This document shows, one piece after another, positions 26,957 through 35,267 of a DNA stretch of 64,000 nucleotides. The notes under the pieces are model-generated. The model saw nothing but the letters and a program-made list of their open reading frames with translations, was not told the DNA's origin and ran no database searches. A program made the position numbers and the translations under genes. Positions within the stretch are counted from its first letter, which is position 1, and every line of letters begins with the position of its first letter. This stretch comes from an uncultured Candidatus Saccharibacteria bacterium. GTDB taxonomy: Bacteria > Patescibacteriota > Minisyncoccia > Minisyncoccales > Minisyncoccaceae. Where the stretch lies: the NCBI GenBank assembly GCA_965230985.1, contig OZ246399.1, forward strand, positions 46,564 to 110,563. Direction: 5' to 3'.

Positions 26957-27304
26957 TTATATCAACCCAAAACTTATCTCTAATGCTCTATCAACTTTTT
27001 GCATCGATTTTAAATTTAACTCTCCAATTTTTTTAACAAGCCTTTTCTTATCTATTGTTCTTACTTGATTTAAAATAATAACTGATTTCTCGGATAAACC
27101 TCCTTCAGGGGGGATAATTAAAACTTCTGTTGGATAAATAGTATCATCAAAGTGAGAACCAATAGCTGCAACAATCGTTACTGGACTATAATGATTACCA
27201 ATATTATTTTGTAAAATAAGAGCTGGTCTAGTTTTACTAATTTCTGAACCAACAGTTGGATCAAAATTAACAATATATATTTCTCCTCTCTTAGGTGTTA
27301 ACAT
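26957..27304 (-). CDS. PemK/MazF-family toxin (second copy in the window)
   Basis: GEIYIVNFDPTVGSEISKTRPALILQNN...VRTIDKKRL. Confidence 0.85.
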   Translation of the reverse strand: MLTPKRGEIYIVNFDPTVGSEISKTRPALILQNNIGNHYSPVTIVAAIGSHFDDTIYPTEVLIIPPEGGLSEKSVIILNQVRTIDKKRLVKKIGELNLKSMQKVDRALEISFGLI

Positions 27305-27546
27305 GCTTCGTCAATCAAAAACCAATCTTCAGCAACCGATAAATCTCTCTTAGAACGAATAATAGCCCCTTCGCGAAGTTGTTTTTTTAAATTAGCTTGT
27401 CCAACCCCTTCAACATAGAAACGCACTGCCTGATCAACAAATGAACTTCTGGTTCCCTTTTGAGCAATATTATCAAGAAGTTGAATAGTTTTATTAGGCA
27501 AAGTAATATTTATCCTTTTATATTTTGTAGATGTGTTTATTTTCAT
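27298..27546 (-). CDS. Ribbon-helix-helix (CopG/MazE-like) antitoxin
   Basis: RINITLPNKTIQLLDNIAQKGTRSSFVDQAVRFYV. It overlaps mazF by 7 nt. I prefer the start MKINTS at 27546. Confidence 0.7.
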   Translation of the reverse strand: MKINTSTKYKRINITLPNKTIQLLDNIAQKGTRSSFVDQAVRFYVEGVGQANLKKQLREGAIIRSKRDLSVAEDWFLIDEAC

Positions 27547-27552
27547 ATTTTC

Positions 27553-27581
27553 ATGATACACACTATCAATGTGTAAGTCAA
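27553..27581 (-). promoter_or_regulatory. Promoter TTGACT-17-TATCAT placed 6 nt before the antitoxin ATG, which predicts a leaderless mRNA
   Basis: Hexamers read on the minus strand. No SD lies between the -10 and the ATG. Confidence 0.5.
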
Positions 27582-27619
27582 GGGAGTGCACTTAAGAGAC
27601 TGTGCACCCCCACAATAAA

Positions 27620-30600
27620 CTACTGAAATACATCTATTTTATACACCCGCTGTGTATCAGAGAAAAAAGTTTCATTATCACCGATAGAGATAGAGTCACC
27701 ATAATAACTACCTGGGGAAACATAAAACATTCTATCTTCCATCTTTTCAGGCATATTATTAGAATCATATCCAAAGATACCACCAATCTTAGTAAAATAA
27801 ATTCTATTTAATGAATCGGAAACTACAAAATTAACACCACTAAAAGTTCTTTCCCATTTTGTTTCTCCATTAGATATGTTGGCCGCGCCTAAATACCAAA
27901 TCATTGGATAAGAACCTGCTAATATTTTCGAATAATAAAATTCGTCCTCATTAAAACCTAGTGGACCATGATAATCATCTTTAAACCACAATATTTGAGA
28001 AAGATTGCTATCTACGGCATATAGAACTGGATAAGTTTCTCCCAATTTTACATTTCTTCCATTACTTAAACTTAATAATAATATTCCTTCAAAAGAAATA
28101 CTTACCCGATCGATTATAGCAATGGTATCAATCGGACCAGAATATGTTTTTTCGTATTTAGGAAAAAACTGTTGCTTTATTATTTCCCCGTTGCTGTACT
28201 TTATTACAAAATCATTGATTGAAAAATATATATTGTCTGAATCGTCAATAACTAACTCCGTAAATGAAGCTGGATTGAGACCTTTTAATATCTCCTGATC
28301 ATTATATAGCTCTATTTCCAATCCATTTTTATCAATTGAGATTAAACTCGGTCCAGTTGCTTCTTTGGTAGCTAAAAAGTATATTTTTTCTTTAGAATCA
28401 ATTATTATTGACCTAGTAAACACTCTTGTGTAGTCTTTTTTCCATACAATCTTACCTGAAGGACTTAAGGCATAGATAGAATGCTCGCTCGAAAGATATA
28501 TTGTTCCATCTTTACCCAGCGAAGGATAAAAACCACAAGCATCAGAGCAATGGATACTCCACTTCTTTTGAAGATGATTGTAAGCGTAAAAATCATATGA
28601 TTTGTTATTACTTCCCCAGAAATATAATGTTCCGTTTTCATCGATCACTAAGCTTGAAGTAAAATCATTATTAAAAGTAAATTGCTGATTTCCTTCAATT
28701 AAAATATCAGGAACAAAAGATGTTCCTATCGGTCCATCAAATTGGCTATGACCACTTCTTCTAAAGTCATAATAAGGAGCTCTTTTTTGATGATTAGCTT
28801 CGGCTATTGAAAAAGAAACTCCTTCTGACAATGGAGAAATATTATTTTCTGGATCTTTAGCTATTATCTTAAAATGATATTCTGAATCATAGAAAAGATC
28901 TTTAATAACAACGCTTCTTTTATTACTTTCTCCTAAAATAATATCTATATCGGTATATTCTTTAATATTAACAAGATTATTATCATCTATTTGATTATTG
29001 CGAGAATAATATATCTCATAATCAAGATTTTCAGCAGCAGTATCTTCATCAAAAGGAGCTGTCCACGACAATACTACTGAATTTTTTTGTTCTTCGTCTA
29101 TTAAAGCAACTAAATCTTGTATTTTCTCAGGAATCTTGGGGACATGATTTCTCGGGCTCGAATTTTCAGATTGAAAATCATTTAAATTATTATCTGTATC
29201 TCTATATTTTCCATTAGACCATTTTCTTCCTATGACCTTGTCTGATTCAGAGATAAGAAACGATTCACTTTCTTTAACAATTGGGCTGATATCATCGCTT
29301 CTCCAAGAAACCGTATCTATTTTAAGAGCAATCGTGTTGACTGTCTTTTCTTCATTGGTTGGTTCAACCACTTCTTCTCCTTCTTTAAATTCAGTCTTTA
29401 CGTATTTAGGATTATTAGAAAATATAGAAATAGATCCGGACGAATTTCCTATTTGTCCTGTTTCGTAATATTTGTCTTCCATAGATTTAACCTTCCAATC
29501 AGCCCCATTTCCCATCATTGCATCACCGCTATCTCCAAATATATCTATAATATAGTAAGAATTTGAATTTATAATAGCTCCCTCTGGAAATTTCCAATTA
29601 CGATAAGGATTATACCATTCAGACGCTGGAGAATAATAAGAAAGATAAAAACAGTTTTCTTCGCTTGGGCACAAATCTATTGGATTTTCTGTTTGATTAT
29701 ACATTTCTATATATTCTACTCCTCCACTCTCTCCTGTTTGAACTTCGGTTATTAAAAGATGATTGCTATTATCAATTAATTGCTCATCTTCTTCGGGTTG
29801 TTTTTCTTCTTCTGGGTCTTCAACAGCTGTTTCAATGGTATTATCAGCTTTTGGTGTTCCCCATAATCCACTTAAATTATCAACTGATTCTGAAAAATAA
29901 GTATGCCAACCGTTTAAGTCATTATTTCTCTCCATTGTTTTCCTCTGCTCGTTATCTCCAGCTGGCCAATCAGGATTAGCTAAAACTTCGTCCATTAATT
30001 GACAATTTGAATTAAATAATCTTAATGATTCGTTATTATTTGATAATCCCCCAGAGTATTCTTTATCCATCTGAATATTAGAGACAGAATCATCATCGGT
30101 TCTCTCAAGAAGATAAAATCCTTGAGGACTAATAATAGCAGAATTGTCAAAAACAATTTTAATATTATCTGCGTCTAATAGTTGCCAATCGGCTAAATTA
30201 ACTGTTTCATCAGAAATATTCTTTAATTCAATCCATTCGTCATTTGCACTGTTTTCACTTCCCATCCAGGCTACTTCATTGATAATAACCTTGCTATTGT
30301 CAGGAGCAGATAGATTTAATTGAGAACAATAAGTAATTACGGGAACGCTCGAGCTTCCTCCATAATTTACGGTTGAGGATAAACTATTTGTCGAAACAGC
30401 AACTGAAGCCGTGGCTTCTTGCTTTAAGCTACTATTAGTTTCCTTTGGTGTTCCCCAAATATTATTATTTTCACTTCCAGAATAGGTGTGCCATCCGTTT
30501 AAATCGTCATTCCTTTCCATTGTTTTTCTAGTAGAACTATCTCCAGCCAGCCATTTAGGATTACCAGAAACAAAATCTTTTAATTGACAAAGGCCATCAA

Positions 30601-32044
30601 AAAGATATAGTTCTTCTTCAGAATTAGACAATGAACCCTTATAAATTAAATCTGCAACTTTAAAAGGGACAGAATCATCATCAGTTCTTTCTAATAATAA
30701 AAAACCGTCCTTCGGCACGGTAATATCTTCAAAAATAATGTTTATCTGGTCTTCCTTGTCTCGCAATGTCCATCCCTTTAAATTAATATCCGAAGCAGAA
30801 ATATTCTTTAATTCAATCCATTCGTCATTTGCACTGTTTTCACTTCCCATCCAGGCTACTTCATTGATAATAATATCACGAGAAGAAACATATTGAGATG
30901 CATTTGAACAGACTACGGGAATTACTTTTTCTTCGGTTTTCTTTTCAACTTCCTTGATTGCTTCTTTCTCTTTGTTTATTTTGCTATCCTTTTCGTTTAT
31001 TTTTTCTTTTTCAACAACATCTTTCTTGATTTCCTTCACAGGATAGTCTTTTTCTAGTGTATCGTTTTCACTCATCGACTCGACTTCTTTGTTTATAGCT
31101 TCCTTATTAGTCGTATCTTTAAAAATATATTCTGTTAAATCTCCTGTATTATTTCCAGTTAAAAAGTTAAAAACATCAGAAAAGTTATTAATCGTATTTT
31201 TTATAGGATTAATAATATATTTTTCCTGCCAAGTCTTAGGTTTTAGTCCAAAATCAGGAACCACCTCTGGAAAAATAGTTTTAATTGTTGTATTTTTTTT
31301 ATCCCAAAAATACGATCCAAATAATCCATCTTCCATTATCCCATTAATTTCAACAATAAAGGGAGAGATATTCTGACCATATTCAAGGCTATTTGAAAAA
31401 CCCCTGACTCCACCAATAGAACCTCTACTTGCAGGAGGAACAATTTCCTTCGGGGAATATATTCGAGCAACAACCTTACTTCTATTATCGTCAATCCGCT
31501 TATACATGATTATGTATTGTAGTGGACTATCAACCTCTCCGGATTCAGTCTTATACTTCATTTCCATCGCTCCAAAAGAAACTTTAATTTGATCTTTAAA
31601 AAAATACTCCTTGAGATAATTAACTGCCATGCTAACTGTTCCTTTTTCTAATTTTCCTATCATTCCAGAAGTATCTTCTGTTCCAATAAGTCTAGCTATA
31701 TCTAATGATTCCTTGACGACATTAAAAGAAGCGTCTAATGGAAGATCTTTGAAAAAATAATTCCACATACTCAACATATAAATATGCTTAAGTAATGATA
31801 CAACGGTTGTTTCCATTGGATTAGAATAACCATCAGATTTTGATAATATCCATTGGCTATATAACAAATCTGGAAAATTTTGTAATATTCTTTTACTTTC
31901 AAATTCAGAAAGAACCTGATAGTTGTCTTCTTCAACGAAATTAAAAAAATTAAAATCTATAGCAAAAACTTTTTGTGGTACGGCTAAAAAACATACAAAC
32001 AATAATGTTAATACCGCACTGTCTAATAAATTGTAAAGTTTCAT
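27620..32044 (-). CDS. Giant secreted protein (1474 aa): unknown N-domain, three lamin-tail domains (LTD), FN3-like domain, C-terminal beta-propeller-like (PQQ-type) repeats
   Basis: Signal peptide. LTD signatures appear twice as IINEVAWMGSENSANDEWIELKN and once as LLITEVQTG...EYIEMYN. The C-terminal part is W/Y/G-rich and repetitive. Confidence 0.75.
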   Translation of the reverse strand: MKLYNLLDSAVLTLLFVCFLAVPQKVFAIDFNFFNFVEEDNYQVLSEFESKRILQNFPDLLYSQWILSKSDGYSNPMETTVVSLLKHIYMLSMWNYFFKDLPLDASFNVVKESLDIARLIGTEDTSGMIGKLEKGTVSMAVNYLKEYFFKDQIKVSFGAMEMKYKTESGEVDSPLQYIIMYKRIDDNRSKVVARIYSPKEIVPPASRGSIGGVRGFSNSLEYGQNISPFIVEINGIMEDGLFGSYFWDKKNTTIKTIFPEVVPDFGLKPKTWQEKYIINPIKNTINNFSDVFNFLTGNNTGDLTEYIFKDTTNKEAINKEVESMSENDTLEKDYPVKEIKKDVVEKEKINEKDSKINKEKEAIKEVEKKTEEKVIPVVCSNASQYVSSRDIIINEVAWMGSENSANDEWIELKNISASDINLKGWTLRDKEDQINIIFEDITVPKDGFLLLERTDDDSVPFKVADLIYKGSLSNSEEELYLFDGLCQLKDFVSGNPKWLAGDSSTRKTMERNDDLNGWHTYSGSENNNIWGTPKETNSSLKQEATASVAVSTNSLSSTVNYGGSSSVPVITYCSQLNLSAPDNSKVIINEVAWMGSENSANDEWIELKNISDETVNLADWQLLDADNIKIVFDNSAIISPQGFYLLERTDDDSVSNIQMDKEYSGGLSNNNESLRLFNSNCQLMDEVLANPDWPAGDNEQRKTMERNNDLNGWHTYFSESVDNLSGLWGTPKADNTIETAVEDPEEEKQPEEDEQLIDNSNHLLITEVQTGESGGVEYIEMYNQTENPIDLCPSEENCFYLSYYSPASEWYNPYRNWKFPEGAIINSNSYYIIDIFGDSGDAMMGNGADWKVKSMEDKYYETGQIGNSSGSISIFSNNPKYVKTEFKEGEEVVEPTNEEKTVNTIALKIDTVSWRSDDISPIVKESESFLISESDKVIGRKWSNGKYRDTDNNLNDFQSENSSPRNHVPKIPEKIQDLVALIDEEQKNSVVLSWTAPFDEDTAAENLDYEIYYSRNNQIDDNNLVNIKEYTDIDIILGESNKRSVVIKDLFYDSEYHFKIIAKDPENNISPLSEGVSFSIAEANHQKRAPYYDFRRSGHSQFDGPIGTSFVPDILIEGNQQFTFNNDFTSSLVIDENGTLYFWGSNNKSYDFYAYNHLQKKWSIHCSDACGFYPSLGKDGTIYLSSEHSIYALSPSGKIVWKKDYTRVFTRSIIIDSKEKIYFLATKEATGPSLISIDKNGLEIELYNDQEILKGLNPASFTELVIDDSDNIYFSINDFVIKYSNGEIIKQQFFPKYEKTYSGPIDTIAIIDRVSISFEGILLLSLSNGRNVKLGETYPVLYAVDSNLSQILWFKDDYHGPLGFNEDEFYYSKILAGSYPMIWYLGAANISNGETKWERTFSGVNFVVSDSLNRIYFTKIGGIFGYDSNNMPEKMEDRMFYVSPGSYYGDSISIGDNETFFSDTQRVYKIDVFQ
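30211..30873. repeat. 78-bp direct repeat (30211-30288 and 30796-30873), identical by eye, inside the LTD gene
   Basis: CAGAAATATTCTTTAATTCAATCCATTCGTCATTTGCACTGTTTTCACTTCCCATCCAGGCTACTTCATTGATAATAA occurs twice, 585 bp apart. Confidence 0.85.
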
Positions 32045-32673
32045 TTTTTAATATTAACTGTTGTTAAGAAATTATTAAATTCTTGAAGGCATACCTCTTT
32101 ATCCTGTCCAAAAAGATAGGAATGGAAGCTATAGATTATATTATTGTACGGAATGCTAAAACTAGTAAAAATGCCCTGATTTTCTCCTTCATTTTTAAAA
32201 TCATTTTCTTCAAGACCGTTTAATCCGGAAACTTCTCTAGTTTCACATATTTTTTGCTCATCGTTCTGATATCGAGAGCAATAATTACTAGCTATCTTAT
32301 CTTTCAAATAACTATAATCTATGTCGTAATTGCTTCCTTCTTTTTGTAATTCAGCATAAACTTCAATCCAACATCCCTTTTGGGGAATAAAAAATGAGTC
32401 TTTTTCAAGAGGAATAAAGTCGGAGCTATGTATAGATAATCCTATGCTATCTTTTTTTATTTCCCACCCATCAGGAACAGCAAATGTTAACCCAACCTCC
32501 TTATTCTCTATATACTTTTTGCCATCAATTTCCTGCTCTAAAACTTTTTCGAAAGAAACAAGGCCCATTTTTGATTCCTGCCATTTATTATATAAAAAAT
32601 ATCCAGTAGTAATTAAAATCAAAGTTAAAACTGACAGAATTATTATTTTGCTAATTTTATTCATTTTATTCAA
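32041..32673 (-). CDS. Membrane-anchored hypothetical protein (210 aa)
   Basis: N-terminal TM. It overlaps the LTD gene start by 4 nt, so the two are likely cotranscribed. Confidence 0.55.
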   Translation of the reverse strand: MNKMNKISKIIILSVLTLILITTGYFLYNKWQESKMGLVSFEKVLEQEIDGKKYIENKEVGLTFAVPDGWEIKKDSIGLSIHSSDFIPLEKDSFFIPQKGCWIEVYAELQKEGSNYDIDYSYLKDKIASNYCSRYQNDEQKICETREVSGLNGLEENDFKNEGENQGIFTSFSIPYNNIIYSFHSYLFGQDKEVCLQEFNNFLTTVNIKK

Positions 32674-32771
32674 TTATTAATTCATCTTATTAATCTAACA
32701 AAAAGAACTGTATCTTTTAAAAAGAACTATTTAAAGAACTTATCGCTAACTATTTAAAAATTTAAAAGAGA

Positions 32772-33125
32772 CTATTCCTGTCTCTTTTTTAACAAATCAC
32801 TACCCATTCCAAATAATTTACCACCCGCCCACAACATGAATGATGCAAAGATAATCCAAGATGTCATGTTCAATAATTGCGTTACTGTATTTTCTGGAAT
32901 CATTTGGCTAATTTGATCTTTTACGATATTTCCTATTTGATTCTGAATGTCTGTTCCTGTTGTAGCACCGTTGCCTGTCGTGGTCGTCTGATTATTAACA
33001 AATACCTGTGGAAATTCCTTCTGAGCAGAAAAATAATAATAGGACGTAGTAATATCCCAAAAAACTACAAATAACCCTGCAGTTATTAAAACCGACGCAA
33101 GAAATTGTCTGATAGTAAATTCCAT
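32772..33125 (-). CDS. Two-TM membrane protein with a Thr/Gly/Asn-rich loop
   Basis: Hydrophobic N- and C-terminal segments. No family recognised. Confidence 0.5.
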   Translation of the reverse strand: MEFTIRQFLASVLITAGLFVVFWDITTSYYYFSAQKEFPQVFVNNQTTTTGNGATTGTDIQNQIGNIVKDQISQMIPENTVTQLLNMTSWIIFASFMLWAGGKLFGMGSDLLKKRQE

Positions 33126-33147
33126 AGAATATTTTTAATTTGATAGA

Positions 33148-33363
33148 TTATATGTCTTTTTTAATTTCGATTCCCGCAGAATTTAAAATGCTTTTTATTG
33201 TTCCTAATGGTAAATTTTTAGAATGATACGGGACCACTGCTCTCTTTTTTGTCTTATTGTTATAAAAAACGTAATGACTGCCCGTTGTATGATCTATATA
33301 AAAATTATTACTCTGTAATAATTTTATTAATTCTTTTGAGGTAAAACGGGGAATCTTAGGCAT
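33148..33363 (-). CDS. hicA: HicA-family toxin (second copy)
   Basis: GSHYVFYNNKTKKRAVVPYHSKNLPLGTIKSILNSAGI. Confidence 0.85.
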   Translation of the reverse strand: MPKIPRFTSKELIKLLQSNNFYIDHTTGSHYVFYNNKTKKRAVVPYHSKNLPLGTIKSILNSAGIEIKKDI

Positions 33364-33592
33364 AAATAATCTCTAGTGTAGCAAATAAATTATCTTTATC
33401 GCTAAGTATGTGTCCTCCATGCTTCTTCACGCTTGCCAGATAAGCACCAATTGCATCATAAGCCATTTCTTTAGCTTCTTTTAAGTTCTTTCCATAAGTT
33501 ATACATCCAGGAAGGGCAGGAACAACAACAGTAAAACCACCTTCTGGCTCAGGTCTTAAAATAATATTATATTGAAGAATTTTCTTTTTCAT
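33356..33592 (-). CDS. hicB: HicB-family antitoxin (second copy)
   Basis: ILRPEPEGGFTVVVPALPGCITYGKNLKEAKEMAYDAIGAYL. It overlaps hicA by 8 nt. Confidence 0.85.
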   Translation of the reverse strand: MKKKILQYNIILRPEPEGGFTVVVPALPGCITYGKNLKEAKEMAYDAIGAYLASVKKHGGHILSDKDNLFATLEIIYA

Positions 33593-33635
33593 GTTTAAAT
33601 ATTAACATTGCCCAAAATACTTGTCAAACAATAAT

Positions 33636-34556
33636 TTAATATTTTCTTTCTAAAATATCTAAACCGTTATTAATTGCATCACAAATAAAGTTTTGAAGTT
33701 GAGTAAAGTCATCACTCAACTGAGACTTTTCTAAATAAACATAATAAAGATATTTTGTTCCCTGTTTAATAACTGCTGGAACTAAATTTTCTCTTAGAAG
33801 TATTGCGGTTAAGAGAAGCCTACCCACTCTTCCGTTACCATCAGAAAAAGGATGTATCTTTTCAAAAGAACTATGCACTTCTGAAGCAAAAGCTATCACA
33901 TCGTTATTCTTCTTTTTATTAAATAAATCGGATATTAATTCGGGAATTTTTAAATAATTAGCTGTCGGAACGCTTGTACCCAATATTCTTACTGGATGAA
34001 CCCTATATCTTCCTGCGTCATTTATTATTCCATTCATTAAAATGCTATGTAATTTTAAAACTAAAGATTCATCAATTTCTCCTTTATTAAGAATGAAATC
34101 AAAAAGATAATTAAGGGCAGTCTGATGATTTTTTGCTTCAAGTTGTTCAGATAGTGTTTTTTTAGAAAAAGAAATATTATCAAATATAATCGAAGCTGTT
34201 TCTTTTTCGCTTAAGGTGCTTCCCTCTATTTTGTTTGAATGGTAAGTTAGTTTAAGAATAAATTCTTGTTTAATGTCCGGACTTGAAATAATTTCTTTTA
34301 AAATATTGCTATGCTTCTTGCTTCTTTCTTTTATTTGTTCTTTTTTATTTTTTAAATATTCCTCTGTTATCTGTTTTTGTCCTGTTAATTCTAAATAAAA
34401 GCTTCCTATTAAATTTTGCTTATCAATCCTTGGTTTTGATTTTCCATTATACCAAGCATTTAGTGTAGCAAAAGAAACTCCAAACTTTTGGGCCATTTCT
34501 GTCTGTTTTAAACCAGATACTTTTTGAATAATTTTTAATTTCTCCGATATTGTCAT
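33636..34556 (-). CDS. Fic-family protein with an N-terminal XRE-type HTH
   Basis: Fic motif HPFSDGNGRVGRLL. An inhibitory-helix-like SNKIEG fits (S/T)xxxE(G/N). The HTH is LKQTEMAQKFGVSFATLNAWYNG. I prefer the start MTISEK at 34556. Confidence 0.85.
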   Translation of the reverse strand: MTISEKLKIIQKVSGLKQTEMAQKFGVSFATLNAWYNGKSKPRIDKQNLIGSFYLELTGQKQITEEYLKNKKEQIKERSKKHSNILKEIISSPDIKQEFILKLTYHSNKIEGSTLSEKETASIIFDNISFSKKTLSEQLEAKNHQTALNYLFDFILNKGEIDESLVLKLHSILMNGIINDAGRYRVHPVRILGTSVPTANYLKIPELISDLFNKKKNNDVIAFASEVHSSFEKIHPFSDGNGRVGRLLLTAILLRENLVPAVIKQGTKYLYYVYLEKSQLSDDFTQLQNFICDAINNGLDILERKY

Positions 34557-34567
34557 AACTTTATATA

Positions 34568-34609
34568 ATAATAACAAACTATATAAAGTTTGTCAAACTA
34601 TATAAAGTT
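34568..34609 (-). promoter_or_regulatory. Fic promoter TTGACA-17-TATTAT flanked by two 15-bp direct repeats AAACTATATAAAGTT
   Basis: Repeats at 34576-34590 and 34595-34609. The -35 (34591-34596) sits in the 4-nt gap between them and overlaps one base of each. Confidence 0.5.
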
Positions 34610-35267
34610 ACAAACCGGAAAAAGATTTAATCTTTGAGACAGGAATAATGTTTATAAAATCATTAATATCCCTATATCCTATTCCCAAAACTTCCCCCTT
34701 AATATCGAAAACAGGAGCACCATTAATTTTTTCATTTTCGATAATATTAGTTTTAATTAAATTTTCATCAAAAGTTTTAACAATTCCTTCGTTTACGCTA
34801 TTTGATAAAATAAAAACTCTCGTTCCTATTTCCAATTTAGATAAATCAAAAAATCCTTTAGCTTGAAGATTATTTTTATCAAGCTTAATTAAAGCTAAGT
34901 TTTCATTTAGGTCTCTTTTTAAAACCTGATAAGAAATACTGCTCCCTCCGTTAATTGTAATATTTACTTTAGATCCTTGGGGTACATTTTCAGCAAGAGT
35001 AATAATTAATCCATCGACAGTTAAAACTAAACCAAAACCTTGAATTTCTTTTTTATTATATTCAGTCTTTAAATTAACGACCGAATCTTTTACATTTTTG
35101 ATAGCGCTTGTTAAGGCTGTGTTTTCCTCAATATATACCCTTTCCTCCTTATTAACTAGTTGAACAAAGGCTGATTGATTTTTAAAAACAAAAAGCCAGG
35201 CGATCGTTCCACCTAGTGTTCCCAAAAGAATAACTATTATTACTTTTAAAAAATTATTTATTTGCAT
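34608..35267 (-). CDS. Membrane-anchored trypsin/HtrA-fold protein lacking the catalytic triad (pseudoprotease)
   Basis: HtrA-like layout, but TNAHV is replaced by TLAENV, DLALIK by NLALIK, and GNSGGP by INGAPV. Confidence 0.55.
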   Translation of the reverse strand: MQINNFLKVIIVILLGTLGGTIAWLFVFKNQSAFVQLVNKEERVYIEENTALTSAIKNVKDSVVNLKTEYNKKEIQGFGLVLTVDGLIITLAENVPQGSKVNITINGGSSISYQVLKRDLNENLALIKLDKNNLQAKGFFDLSKLEIGTRVFILSNSVNEGIVKTFDENLIKTNIIENEKINGAPVFDIKGEVLGIGYRDINDFINIIPVSKIKSFSGL

